NCBI GenBank assembly: GCA_041640655.1
Contig: JBEPZV010000004.1
Span: 46,815 to 110,814, forward strand
Reading direction: 5' to 3'
DNA length: 64,000 nucleotides
From: a bacterium
Lineage (GTDB): Bacteria > Acidobacteriota > Blastocatellia > HR10
This document shows, piece after piece, positions 1-10,600 of the stretch. The stretch's first letter is position 1; every line of letters starts with the position of its first letter. The translations under genes were made by a program, and so were the position numbers. The notes below the pieces were generated by a model that was given only the letters and a program-made list of their open reading frames with translations, had not been told where the DNA came from and searched no databases.

Positions 1-217
1 TGCCACAGTCTCCTCCAGTCGGGCCAATCGCTCCTCGGCCCGTCGTTGTGCCTCGGCCAGGGCCGCGACGATCTCCTCCAGTTGAGCCATGCGCTCCTCC
101 AGCCGGGTCACGCGCTCTTCCGTACGGTGTTGCGCTTCGGCCAGAGCTGCCACAGTCTCCTCCAGTCGGGCCAACCGCTCCTCGGCCCGTCGTTGTGCCT
201 CGGCCAGGGCCGCGACG
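1..217. repeat. Intragenic direct repeat: 70-nt copies at 1-70 and 148-217
   Basis: 69/70 identical; the offset of 147 nt equals 7 x 21 nt (seven heptads). Confidence 0.9.
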
Positions 218-420
218 GCTTCTTCCAGCCGGGTCATGCGCTCTTCCACCCGACCTTGCGCTCCGACCAGGGCCTCGATCACCTTGCTGAGGTCTCGAAC
301 GATTTGAGGCAAGGACAAAAGTTCCTCCGTCAGCAACACCCGCCGGAGCTCCTCACGCCACTCCGGATGTTGCTCCAGGAGTCGCAAGAGATCCTGAAAA
401 TCCGCGCTCGCGAAAGACAT
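1..420 (-). CDS. Heptad-repeat coiled-coil protein (DUF3782/PD-(D/E)XK-associated type), N-terminal part; runs off the window edge
   Basis: Not in the ORF track. Manual translation from ATG at 420: [41 protein letters not shown], followed by repeats of RLEE(T/A/I)[16 protein letters not shown]; no stop before position 1. Confidence 0.8.
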   Translation of the reverse strand, partial: MSFASADFQDLLRLLEQHPEWREELRRVLLTEELLSLPQIVRDLSKVIEALVGAQGRVEERMTRLEEAVAALAEAQRRAEERLARLEETVAALAEAQHRTEERVTRLEERMAQLEEIVAALAEAQRRAEERLARLEETVA

Positions 421-491
421 ATTCGCTCCAATTATCCGAGCGCTCGGCGACTTCCGTCAAGGAAGGAGGGCTTCCTTCCCCGCAGAGGACC

Positions 492-1514
492 TCAGGGGAT
501 CACGGCGACTTTAATCGCCTCACCGGCGCGCAGGAGCCGGAATCCCTCTCCGATGGCCTCCAAATCCACGCGATGGGTCACCAGTTGTTCCAGTGGAGGG
601 AATCCCGCCTCCAGCATACGCACGACTTTGGGAAAAGCCGTGCGCTGGATGTACGACCCCAGGACGGAGATCTCGTGTCGGGTGATCCAGTATTGGTTCA
701 GCTCTCGCTCAGCACGCAGATCCATGCCGAAGAGGATCACGCGCCCGCCGCGTCGGACCAGTTGAAGGGCTTCCGGCAGGAGCGTCCCCACGGCGTCCAC
801 GACGATGTCGGCACCCAGGCGCGTGCGTGTCATGACCTCCCGTGCGATGTCGTGGACATCGGGGTTGAGGGCTGCGTCGGCTCCCAGGCGTTCGGCCATG
901 CGGCGCCGAAATTCAGCACGCTCGACCACGCAGACCGGATAAGCTCCAGCGGCTTTGTAAAGCATCAGAAACATGAGTCCGATTGGGCCCGCACCCAAGA
1001 TCGTGACGCTCTCGCCGGGGACGAAGGCCGATCTCTCGAAGGAATGAAGCACGCAGGAGAACGGCTCGGCGAGCATCGCTCGATCCGGGGGAACCTGCGG
1101 GCTGATCTTATGCACGGCCTTAGCCGGAGCGACGTTCCACTCGGCTAGCCCGCCGTGTCGAAAGATCCCCAGCGTCGTCATGTTCTCGCACATATTGGAG
1201 AACCCCAGCCGACAGTATTCGCAGAAACCACAAGTGACGTTGGGATCAATCACCACGCGGTCTCCCGGATGGAGGTGGCGCACGCTGGGACCGGTCGCGA
1301 CCACTGTGGCGACATATTCGTGGCCAAGGATCGTTCCCGGCGTGGCTGGATGTCCCGGGGGAACGGAGAGGATGTGCAGGTCCGTCCCGCAGATGCTCGC
1401 GCGTTCTACCTTTAAGAGCACATCGTCTTCGTTTCGGACCTCGGGGGAGGGGCGAGATTCTACCCCCCATTCCCCGTCACCGTGAAAGACGACAGCCCGC
1501 ATTGTTTCTCTCAT
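492..1514 (-). CDS. Zinc-dependent medium-chain alcohol/polyol dehydrogenase (sorbitol/threonine dehydrogenase-like)
   Basis: Motifs ICGTDLH, GHE, structural Zn CGFCEYCRLGFSNMC and Rossmann GAGPIG. ATG at 1514 overlaps the upstream stop (ATGA). Confidence 0.9.
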   Translation of the reverse strand: MRETMRAVVFHGDGEWGVESRPSPEVRNEDDVLLKVERASICGTDLHILSVPPGHPATPGTILGHEYVATVVATGPSVRHLHPGDRVVIDPNVTCGFCEYCRLGFSNMCENMTTLGIFRHGGLAEWNVAPAKAVHKISPQVPPDRAMLAEPFSCVLHSFERSAFVPGESVTILGAGPIGLMFLMLYKAAGAYPVCVVERAEFRRRMAERLGADAALNPDVHDIAREVMTRTRLGADIVVDAVGTLLPEALQLVRRGGRVILFGMDLRAERELNQYWITRHEISVLGSYIQRTAFPKVVRMLEAGFPPLEQLVTHRVDLEAIGEGFRLLRAGEAIKVAVIP

Positions 1515-2860
1515 GGCCAGATCTCCACCAGATCTCCGATCCGAAGACGAATGGGGTCTATTCGAATCGGGAGAGAAGGACCCGGGCGAAATTCCGAGTC
1601 TAGGAGAAAGACCTTGCGGATGCTTCGGACGAAGCACTCTGCTCGCATGAGGCGCTCCCCGTCGCGCGGCGGTCGGGAGGCCTCCAGGGCATCGCATCGA
1701 AGGAGCAGGCGCTCAATCCGCGATGCGGTCACGCCTTCCGGGAGGGGGATCGCCGTGCGCAGGAATCCGCTCCGCTCGAGCTTGAAGTAGGCGAGGCCGA
1801 GATCCGAGGTGTACCATGTCCGATCCCCAGCGAGCTTCACGGCCAGACTCAGGCCCGCGTCGCGCTGATCGGCCACGACCTCAATGTACACATACCGACG
1901 CGGATCGGGAATGTGCTCGCCAATACGCACGGTCGGCCCCAGTTTGCCCTCCCGCTTCAATTCTTCAGCCATGATGCGGTAGGTCCACGGATGCCGATCC
2001 ATCAGCTCCTCGCGCGCGACCGCGCTCGTATCGAAAGGAATCGGGCGCAGGGCGAAACGCATGGGCGAACGCCCGCGATCTGAGAAGTTGTTGTTGGTGG
2101 AGACTACGAGGAGGAGGGGGTGGTCCCCCTCTCGGCGTCCGCGAAAACGGCGCGGGCGATGGCGCGGGCCCTGGTATCGAGCATCCAGGACGCGCCCCGT
2201 CGGGGTCAACGTCACGGCGTATACCCACTCGATGTCGGTCGCGCGCCCCCACCGAGCCATGAGGGCGCTCGTCTCCGTCCCGCCATCCTCGTTGCTGAAG
2301 ACGACGCTGTAGCGGATGGTGAGCGTCTCAGGCGCGCGCGTCACCTCGTACCACATGAGGAGGGGGATGTCGCTGAATCGTCCGACGGTATTGGGGCGCG
2401 CATAAAGGATAGGCGAGTGGGCGAGCGGAAGGAATTCGGGATCGGCCCGGCTCACAGGATGAAGGGTGAAGTCCTCGATGACCGGCGCGGGAGCGTGCGG
2501 AGCAGATCGCGCACGATTCCATATCAGGCGGACCGTATGAACGCCCGGGCGCACCCTGCCCAGGTGGAGGGAATACCGAAAGGATTCCGCTCCGGCGAAG
2601 AGGACGACCTCTTGGTGATGGCGCTCGTTCAGGAGGACGGTGAGCACGGCGGCTTCGCGTCCTGCCTCTCCCCAATTCGCCTCGGGCGATCTCGCCTGCA
2701 GCTCGGCTACGACTTCCGCCTCCGCGTCTACGCGAAAGGTGCGCTCCAGGAGCATTTCCTCAGGAACGTCCCATGAAGAGGCGCGGACGTGGAACCCGAG
2801 AAGTCCTCCGACACTCATGACCCACGCGCAGGCCCATCGCATCCATCGCGTGCCGCTCAT
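1511..2860 (-). CDS. Secreted hypothetical protein
   Basis: Long ORF in operon context with an N-terminal signal-like segment ending VRA. Conserved-looking core YSVVFSNEDGGT...ARWGRATDIEWVY. Start moved to the ATG at 2860. Confidence 0.75.
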   Translation of the reverse strand: MSGTRWMRWACAWVMSVGGLLGFHVRASSWDVPEEMLLERTFRVDAEAEVVAELQARSPEANWGEAGREAAVLTVLLNERHHQEVVLFAGAESFRYSLHLGRVRPGVHTVRLIWNRARSAPHAPAPVIEDFTLHPVSRADPEFLPLAHSPILYARPNTVGRFSDIPLLMWYEVTRAPETLTIRYSVVFSNEDGGTETSALMARWGRATDIEWVYAVTLTPTGRVLDARYQGPRHRPRRFRGRREGDHPLLLVVSTNNNFSDRGRSPMRFALRPIPFDTSAVAREELMDRHPWTYRIMAEELKREGKLGPTVRIGEHIPDPRRYVYIEVVADQRDAGLSLAVKLAGDRTWYTSDLGLAYFKLERSGFLRTAIPLPEGVTASRIERLLLRCDALEASRPPRDGERLMRAECFVRSIRKVFLLDSEFRPGPSLPIRIDPIRLRIGDLVEIWP

Positions 2861-2880
2861 GTCCGAGCCACCTCTAGCCA

Positions 2881-5800
2881 TCAGAACTCGATCCTCACCG
2901 TCTTGATCTCATACGGCTTGGTCGAGATGACCACTTCCTGTCCGTTCACAACGACGGGGCCGATCTCCCGCTCGATGAGATTCACCTCCGCAGCAGCTCG
3001 CGGAGGTTTCGGGAGCCTGATCTTCACGTCCGTCGGTTTTCCAGCGAATTCGTAGAACCTGAGGATCCACGCGTCGGAATCCTCGGCCTTCTTCAAAGCC
3101 GTGAGGACCACCGTGTTCGGTTCCACGCGAAGGAAGGAGTGGGCCGGCGGGAGCGAGCCGCTGTGTCCGTTCGTGGGATAAGGGATGAGCGGGTAGTTCA
3201 ATTCGTATCCCCGCTGTACGGTTCCCGCTTGGACCCAATCGCCCGCATGGGGGTAGATCGCGTACGTGAAGCGATGCCGACCTTCATCGGCGTGCGGATC
3301 CGGATAGGCCGGTGAGCGCAGGAGCGTCAGGCGGAGGACATTGTCGCGCACATCGTATCCGTACTTGCTGTCGTTGAGGAGGCTGACGCCATATGTTCCG
3401 TCGGAGAGATCGGCCCAAAAGAGCGCGGGGACTTCAAACTTCGCTTGCTCTTCGGGCGTGCGGCGCGTCGTCGGACGCGGGATCGCGCCAAACGGGATCT
3501 CGAACGTCGCCTTCGGGCTTCGCACGGCGACGGGGAACGCGACCTTCAGCAGGATATGTTTCTCGCGCCAATCCACCTCCATGTGGCACTCGAGCCGCGG
3601 AATCTTCGGATAGAGAATGAGATCCTGGATGAACGTCGAGCGCTGAAACCGCTTCACCACGCGGATCACGGCGCGCGTGGGACCGGTCTCCAGCACCTTC
3701 ACCTCCTCAGCCTGACGCAGCTCCCACATCTTCTCCTCGAAGTTCGCATCAATATTCCACGCGTCATAGACGGAGGGCTTGTCGTAAAATGTTTGCAGGA
3801 GATTTCCGCAGCGGGATTCGTCGAGCACCTCTCGGCGCGCCATCTTATCGTAGAGGCTCGTGAGGCATCCCGATCGGGCATCCACCGTGACTCGCAGGAA
3901 TTCGTTCTCCATCGTCAAGCCGGTGACCGAGAGCGAGGAGGGCACCGGCGATCGCCGAGCGACGGGAACGACACGGAAGACCTTGTATCCCAGCGGGGGG
4001 ACGTCCTCAGCGATGAAGCGGACCGTCGCACGGTTCGTCTCCGAATCCCGCGCGATCACTTCGGCGATGAGGCGTCGGCCTTGAGGATCGCGAACCTCGA
4101 CGTCCGAGACGGGATCCGGAAATGTGAGGGTGGCTTCGACCACATCCGTGCGCGCCCAGGAGAGGGGGTTGAAGACGATGAGGGGAAGTCCGGGGCCTCT
4201 CGTATTGATGCGATCGGCCAATTCCTTCAAGGCCTCATCCATGACTTCGCGCCCGATGCGTCGGACGTCCGCGTAATCCCGATCCGCATCCCGATAGACG
4301 GCGGCGATGCTGCTCCCCGGCAGGATGTCGTGGAATTGGTTGAAGAGCACTTTCTTCCAGGCCGCATCGAGATCATGCTGCGGATAGGGGCGTCCGAAGA
4401 GCCGTGCGAGCGAGGCGAACTTCTCGGCGTTGAGGAGCAGGACCTCGCTTTGACGATTATTCCGTTTCGTCGCGGCCTGACTCGTGTACGTGCCGCGATG
4501 GGTCTCCAGATACAACTCATCGCGCCAGACCGGTGGATTCAGGCGCGAGATCTCCGCCATCACGCGCTCGAAGAACTCATGCACGGTGCCGAAGAAGAGT
4601 CGCGGATAGAGCGCGTCGGTGGAGCGCCATTGGGCGGCTGTCTCCAACATGCTGCGCGTTGGCCCCCCGCCGTGATCCCCCACGCCATAAAGATGCATGT
4701 ACTCGCGATGGCCCGTCGCCGCCGTGTACTGGGCCAGGTCCCTGGCCATGGACACCGGCTCGATGGGGTTCCCGTAGTGGTTGGGGAAGTAGGTGAGGAC
4801 GCGGCTGCCGTCGGGAGCTTCCCACCAGAAGAGCCGATAGGGGAAGCGCGTGACTTCGTTCCAGAAGAGCTTCTGCGTGACGAAGAAGTCCATCCCCGAC
4901 TTCTTCAAGATCTGCGGCAGCTGCCAGTTGTAGCCGAAGGCATCCGGATTCCATCCGACGCGAATGTCCACGCCGAATTTCTCCTTGAAATATCGCGTTC
5001 CATGCAGGAACTGTCGGACGAGCGATTCGCCATGCGGCAGGTTCATGTCCGATTCGACCCAGACGCCGCCGACCACCTCCCATCGCCCCTCGCGCACGCG
5101 CTGTCGGATCTGCTCGAAGAGCTTCGGATACTTCTCCTCCATCCACGCATAGGTCTGAGCGGCTCCGTGCGTGAAGGTGAAGTCCGGGAATTCGTGCATC
5201 AGCTGAAGGACGGTGGAGAACGTATCGCGCACGATCTGGACCGTCTCCGTCCACGGCCAGAGCCAGGCCAGGTCAATATGGGAGTTCCCGACGGCGCGGA
5301 TCGCGAACTCTCGGAGCAAGGGGGCAATGGGCGTCAGGGCCTCGCGGGCCTCACGCAGCGAGCGATCGAAGGCGAGCTGATCGCCTCGATCCAGAGCGGC
5401 GAGGTCGAGCTTTCGAAGCGCGGCGTCCAGATGCGACTCCCATCGAGAGCGATCGTCCCGACGCGCGCTCAGCAGCTGCTCGGCCACTTGGCATTCCTGC
5501 AGAAACGTTCGGGGATCGGGGCGCGAAGGGGGAGCTTCGACTTCCAGCTGTCCGGCGCGCATCCATGTCCGCCCGCCAGGCACATCCGCTTTCACCGCGA
5601 TCACAAACGTATCTCCTGGACGCGCGCTCTCGGTCAGGACGACGGGATCCAGATCGTGCCCCTCCGCACGCTTCTCCCCGTTGAAGAAGACTGTGAGGTG
5701 GACCGGGTTCTCCCCCACGATGCGAAGGCGCAGACGGAGCCGCGCGCCGCGAATGTCGTACCCCCCAATCGTCTGAGGCAACGTTATGCGGTAGCGAAAC

Positions 5801-6063
5801 CACGCCGGCCCTGTGCTCCACTCCTCTCCCACCGGGAAGAGCGTCCAGGTCGAATCGTCCAGATCCACGGCCTCGCCTCTGAGGACGTATCCCTCCTTGA
5901 AGCGCCAGGGCGAGAGGGGGAGGATCGTCGCCGCTTCGAGGCGTTTGAAGATCGCCTCTCGATCTATGGATTGAGCGAAGAGGGCGGGGGAGAACCTCAG
6001 TGCCGGAGATGCGAGGGTCGTGGACAGGACGAGCGTACATCCCCATCGCTTCCACATCGTCAT
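2881..6063 (-). CDS. GH38 alpha-mannosidase, secreted, with an N-terminal sugar-binding-like domain
   Basis: SHIDLAWLW Zn motif, WNPDAFG nucleophile region, GDHGGG, LYLETHRGTYTSQ, NQFHDILPGSSI. Signal peptide and AAGGAGG RBS. Confidence 0.93.
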   Translation of the reverse strand: MTMWKRWGCTLVLSTTLASPALRFSPALFAQSIDREAIFKRLEAATILPLSPWRFKEGYVLRGEAVDLDDSTWTLFPVGEEWSTGPAWFRYRITLPQTIGGYDIRGARLRLRLRIVGENPVHLTVFFNGEKRAEGHDLDPVVLTESARPGDTFVIAVKADVPGGRTWMRAGQLEVEAPPSRPDPRTFLQECQVAEQLLSARRDDRSRWESHLDAALRKLDLAALDRGDQLAFDRSLREAREALTPIAPLLREFAIRAVGNSHIDLAWLWPWTETVQIVRDTFSTVLQLMHEFPDFTFTHGAAQTYAWMEEKYPKLFEQIRQRVREGRWEVVGGVWVESDMNLPHGESLVRQFLHGTRYFKEKFGVDIRVGWNPDAFGYNWQLPQILKKSGMDFFVTQKLFWNEVTRFPYRLFWWEAPDGSRVLTYFPNHYGNPIEPVSMARDLAQYTAATGHREYMHLYGVGDHGGGPTRSMLETAAQWRSTDALYPRLFFGTVHEFFERVMAEISRLNPPVWRDELYLETHRGTYTSQAATKRNNRQSEVLLLNAEKFASLARLFGRPYPQHDLDAAWKKVLFNQFHDILPGSSIAAVYRDADRDYADVRRIGREVMDEALKELADRINTRGPGLPLIVFNPLSWARTDVVEATLTFPDPVSDVEVRDPQGRRLIAEVIARDSETNRATVRFIAEDVPPLGYKVFRVVPVARRSPVPSSLSVTGLTMENEFLRVTVDARSGCLTSLYDKMARREVLDESRCGNLLQTFYDKPSVYDAWNIDANFEEKMWELRQAEEVKVLETGPTRAVIRVVKRFQRSTFIQDLILYPKIPRLECHMEVDWREKHILLKVAFPVAVRSPKATFEIPFGAIPRPTTRRTPEEQAKFEVPALFWADLSDGTYGVSLLNDSKYGYDVRDNVLRLTLLRSPAYPDPHADEGRHRFTYAIYPHAGDWVQAGTVQRGYELNYPLIPYPTNGHSGSLPPAHSFLRVEPNTVVLTALKKAEDSDAWILRFYEFAGKPTDVKIRLPKPPRAAAEVNLIEREIGPVVVNGQEVVISTKPYEIKTVRIEF

Positions 6064-6114
6064 CCTCCTTGCGAAAGCAGTTCAAGGAGCGACGGAGACA
6101 CGTGCCGACTTCCG

Positions 6115-7656
6115 TCACTCCCGAAGGGCGAAGTAGATCGGATTGGTGAGCGCGGCGATTCCGCGCTCGTCCCGAAGATTCAGTCGCACCCATGTGCGGG
6201 GTTCGGCGCGCCACGAGAGCACGCGCACGAAATCGGGCGCGTCCACGCGGAGGCGAGTGACCTCCGGAGGGGCGGATCCATTGGTGATGATCTCGACGAT
6301 GTGCCCCGCGCCGCGCTTCACCTCGATTCGAAGGGTGACGGTCTCGCCCGCGCGAGCGATCGGGATTTCCGCTCCCATCATATAGCGGCGCCCGCGCGCG
6401 TCTTCGGCGAAGAGGAAGAGGTCCGGTCCATCGGGACCGCGTGTCTTGATGAAGACGTGTCCGGCTTTTAATCCCGCGAGGATCGCGGGTTCAGACAATT
6501 CCGTCGCATAGACGACGGTCGTCGGAATGCCCATGACGTGATCGGGATGCTCGCCGCTCCCCGCGCGATGATCGTCGCTGCCGCCGATGCCCGTGATGCG
6601 ATGCCCCTCGTTGAGGCGCGCCTCCCAGAAGGGAATGCCGCTCAACGGCCCCTCCACCCGATTGCCATTGATGACCTCGATCATGTCCACTTTGCGGAAG
6701 TCGGTGGCGTGGACGTCTTCCCAACCGCATCCCATACACTGTTCGCCCGTCGGATGCGTCGGGTGATTGATCGAGATCACGCCTCCGGCGCGACGCACAT
6801 CATCGAGGATGTCGGCGATGGTCCGCCCCTGCCATCCGAGGCGGAAGTCAATGAACGCGCTCGTGCCGTAGACGTTCGCGTGTCCCCGATAGGTCGTCAG
6901 CTCGCGCCCCGGAATCAGGAGAAGCGGAGCAAAATACGCTTGCAACCGCCGCATCTCCGGATGGTGGCTCGTCGTGTTGTGATCGGTGATGGCGAGGAAG
7001 TCGAGCCCTCGCGCGACGGCCGCTTGAGCGACGCGGAAGATGGGGCAGGGGATCAATTCCCCCAGACCGTTCCGACAGCGCCCATCGCTGTGCCCGCTGT
7101 GCGCGTGGAGGTCACCGCGATACCATCCCGGTTCTTTCTTCAGCACCCACGGAGTGGGGGGCTCAGGTGCCGGCATCGCGCGCGATCGAGCGGGGATCAG
7201 GCGGATCCGGATCACGTAGCGGGAGACCTGATCCGGGCGGATGTGCGGGACGCCGAGTACGATGCGCCAGGTCCCAGCCGGCAGGTCTCCCGGCAGATAC
7301 GACGGCGTCGCTTCATCGCGCGCGAGGAAGAAGTGCGTCTTATCGCTCCCGCTCCAGCCCCGAAACCGAACCGGATCGAAGAGCCCGATGTCCAGCGCCG
7401 TCCCCTCACCGCGATGGGTGTACGTGTATTCGACCTCGAGGCGCTCCAGTGGCTCGGGGACGATGAATTCCCGCACGATATACGTCCCGTGGTCGGCGCG
7501 CGTAATGGTCCCTTCGAGGACGATCTCGGAGGATTGAGGAGGGGGAACGACGAAGAGAAGGAGGAAGAGGCCGCTCCCCGTGGGAAGCCAGTTCGACGTC
7601 CAACGCATAATGGGAAGTCGAGGGCGCAGGGCGAGGGGGACTCGCCCTGCGCCCAC
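6115..7656 (-). CDS. PHP-domain (CehA/McbA-family) metallophosphoesterase, probably exported
   Basis: GDLHAHSGHSDG, AITDHN, GHAN, INHP and GGSDDH PHP motifs; hydrophobic N-terminal segment. Start may be the ATG at 7608. Confidence 0.85.
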   Translation of the reverse strand: MGAGRVPLALRPRLPIMRWTSNWLPTGSGLFLLLFVVPPPQSSEIVLEGTITRADHGTYIVREFIVPEPLERLEVEYTYTHRGEGTALDIGLFDPVRFRGWSGSDKTHFFLARDEATPSYLPGDLPAGTWRIVLGVPHIRPDQVSRYVIRIRLIPARSRAMPAPEPPTPWVLKKEPGWYRGDLHAHSGHSDGRCRNGLGELIPCPIFRVAQAAVARGLDFLAITDHNTTSHHPEMRRLQAYFAPLLLIPGRELTTYRGHANVYGTSAFIDFRLGWQGRTIADILDDVRRAGGVISINHPTHPTGEQCMGCGWEDVHATDFRKVDMIEVINGNRVEGPLSGIPFWEARLNEGHRITGIGGSDDHRAGSGEHPDHVMGIPTTVVYATELSEPAILAGLKAGHVFIKTRGPDGPDLFLFAEDARGRRYMMGAEIPIARAGETVTLRIEVKRGAGHIVEIITNGSAPPEVTRLRVDAPDFVRVLSWRAEPRTWVRLNLRDERGIAALTNPIYFALRE

Positions 7657-7661
7657 GGTCT

Positions 7662-10600
7662 TCAGAAGTAGAACTTCAGCGCGAACTGCATAACGCGCGG
7701 ATCACCGGCGAGGCTGCCGATCCGCCCGAAGGCGCCGCTGGACGCGTTCCGATCCGGCAGTCCGAACTGTGGCGTGTTGAACGCGTTGAACATCTCCCAG
7801 CGGAATTCGAGGCGGCGACCCTCGCCGAAGTACTCGAACGTGCGCGCCAGCGCGAAGTCGAAATTGACCAATCCTGGTCCGTAGACCGTATTCCGTCCGC
7901 ATGTCCCCAAGCGCGGGGGCGAGGGGACGCGGAAGGCCGTCGTATCGAACCAGCGGTCCACCGTGCGCTGGTCCTCGGGCAACGTGGGATCGCGCAAGCA
8001 ATCGGCCAGTGCCGTGACCATGCCGCCGCCACGCGGCCCCCCAATCGGAGTGTTGTTGGCCGTGGCGATGATGGTGAAGGGACGCCCCGTGCGCATCACA
8101 GTGATGCCGCTCACGCGCCATCCGCCCAGGATGTGCGAGAGCGCTCCCTCAGTCAGGTACGTGCGCCCGCGCCCGAACGGCAGCTCGTAGTTGTAGGCCA
8201 GCACGAAGCGATGCCGGTAGTCGAAATCGCTCGGCCCGCGCCGCTCGCGAATATTGTGCGCGTTCTGCAGGAAACTCCCCGAACCGCCCGTGAAGAGGTG
8301 CTCCATGGCGTAATCAATCGACTTCGACCACGTCCAGGCCCCGCGGAAGCTCAGTCCGTGGCTGAAGCGCTTCTCCACGGTCACCTCCATCCCGTGATAG
8401 CTCGAGTTCCCCATGTTATCCCGATACTCGATCGGCCCCAGATCGGGATAGGGCAGGATCCCCGTCGGCGTCCCGTCGGGATTGAAGCGCTGCTGGTTGA
8501 GATTGCGCAGGACCGAGAGATGCGTCCCCTTCGTTCCCACGTAATCAATCGTCGCGATGAGGTTGCCGGGGAGCAAGCGCTGGAAGCCGAAGTTCCACTG
8601 ATCCACCGTGGGGATCACCGCCTCGGGATTCACAGCCCGGAGTCGAACGTTCCTCGGGTCCACGGCGCTCGGATCGAGCGAGAGGTTGAAGCCCGTGCGC
8701 AGGCGCATGTTGTTGGCCGTCGTGTTGGGATTGGGGGCCGTCACCACGTTGTTGACGACCCATGGGAGATTGAGCCCGAGCTGATCCTCGCTCCCCGCGC
8801 GCTCGAAGAGCATGAAGAAGCGTCCATACCCGGTGCGGATGACGGTATTGGGCGTCAGCCGATAGGCCAGGCCGATGCGCGGGGCGACGTTGTTCTTGTC
8901 CGATCGCACGAGGCTCTTGCCCACGGTCGAGCGCTCGAATCCGGGGAAGGGCGCGGCCGTGAACCGTCGCCCCGTCTTCGGATCGAGGTTCGTCAGCCGG
9001 TCTCTCCCCTCGTAGGGCCAGGTCGCGAAGTCGTACCGGAATCCCAGGTTCATCGTGAGCTTCGGCGTGACCTTCCAATCATCCTGCCAGAAGAAGGAGG
9101 CCATCCAGATGCGCGCGTCCACCACGTGCGGATTCGTCAGCTGCGCCGCTGACGGATACCCGAGCAAGAAATCGGCCATGCCGATCCCTGTGCGATTTCC
9201 ATCGAACGTCCAATCCCCGCGCAGCGCCGGCAGGTCGAGGTAGATGTTGCGCATGGGCAGGCGCACGTCCACGCCGAATCGAAGCTGATGCGCTCCGGCC
9301 GTAATGCTCAGCATGTCCCACCACTGGAACTGGTTCGTGAATTGGAACTTGGGCAGGAAGACGGGCGAGCCCAGATGATCGAGTCCGCCGCCCTGACCGC
9401 CTGGAATCGTCTGCGTCCCCCCGCGCGCTTGAATGCGAATGGCCGGCAGTCCGCCGCTGTAGAGCGGATCGTCTCGAACGCCGAGGATGCCGAATTCCGC
9501 CAGCGTGTTCTTCCCGAAGGGATCCTGCACGCCGTTCGAAGCATTGCGCCCCCAGCCGAGCCGGAATTCGTTCAACACCCGCGGCCCCAATGTGCGATTC
9601 CATCCGATGGCCGCCGAATGCCCCTTCATGAAGAGCCGGCCGAAAGCCGATGTAGACGTGCCGTCAATGATCCCGCCGAACATCCCCGGGACATAGCGGA
9701 AGCGGTCCGAGAAGGTGTAGCGCACGAAGATATTGTTGTTCGCGTTGATCTGCCAATCGCCGCGCACGGTGAACTTGTCCGTGTCGTCAATGAGCGTCGG
9801 CGTGCGCAGGAAGTTGAAGACGTTGCCGAGCGGTCCCGAGCCCGGCAGATTCGGCAGCGGGACCAGATCGAGGATGCGCTTGGCCACCGGATCAATGCAC
9901 TCGGGCGGGATCCGGTTGTTCTTGAACGATCCGTCGGGATTGAAGGCATCGGGGACCTTCGCCCGGCAATCCCCCACACGATCGAAGATCTTCGCGTATC
10001 CAGGCGCGGAGAAATCCCCGATGCGCTCGTTGGGCGTCGGGACGTTCCCCAAGCGCGTCACCCCGCGACGAATGCGCGTGCCCTCGTAGTCGAAGAAGAA
10101 GAAGGCGTGGTTGCGAACGATGGGCCCTCCCACGTTGAAGCCGAATTGGTTCTGCCGGTTCTTCGCCTTCTTCGCTCCCGCGCGGTTCAGGAAGAAGCTC
10201 GTGGCGTCGAAGATGTCGTTGCGCCCGAACCAGTAAGCCGTCCCGTGAAACTCGTTCGTCCCGCTTTTGGTGGTGACGCTGATGGCCGCGCCGGGGCTGC
10301 GCCCGTATTCCGCCGAATAGGGATTCGTGATGATCTTGAACTCCTGGATGGAATCCACCGAGGGGCGCACGACTTGCGTCGTCAGCTCCTGCACGTTCGT
10401 GGAGATGGAGTTGTTGTCCACGCCGTCGAGGATGAAATTGTTCTGCAGCGAGCGCACGCCGTGGACGTTGACGCCCCCCGTTCGTCCAGCGGCCGTCGCG
10501 CCGCCCTCCTCCGTGTACCGATCGCCCTGCACGCCCGCGATCAAGCCCATCAGGTCATCCCAGTTGCGCATGCTGAGGGGCAGGTCAGTCACCAGGCGAT

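Noticed and set aside
1..260. Repeats considered as a CRISPR array
   Set aside because: They are in-frame coding repeats with no unique spacers, and there are no cas genes in the window.
46..765. 239-aa repetitive plus-strand ORF
   Set aside because: It is the reverse complement of the heptad-repeat gene at 1-420 and of the end of the dehydrogenase.
3445..6471. 1008-aa plus-strand ORF, and similar long antisense ORFs (9288-11006, 11214-12608, 51176-53005, 57102-58802, 60252-62135, 62160-63995)
   Set aside because: Antisense shadows of well-supported minus-strand genes. High GC3 suppresses stops in the mirror frame, and the translations have no motifs.
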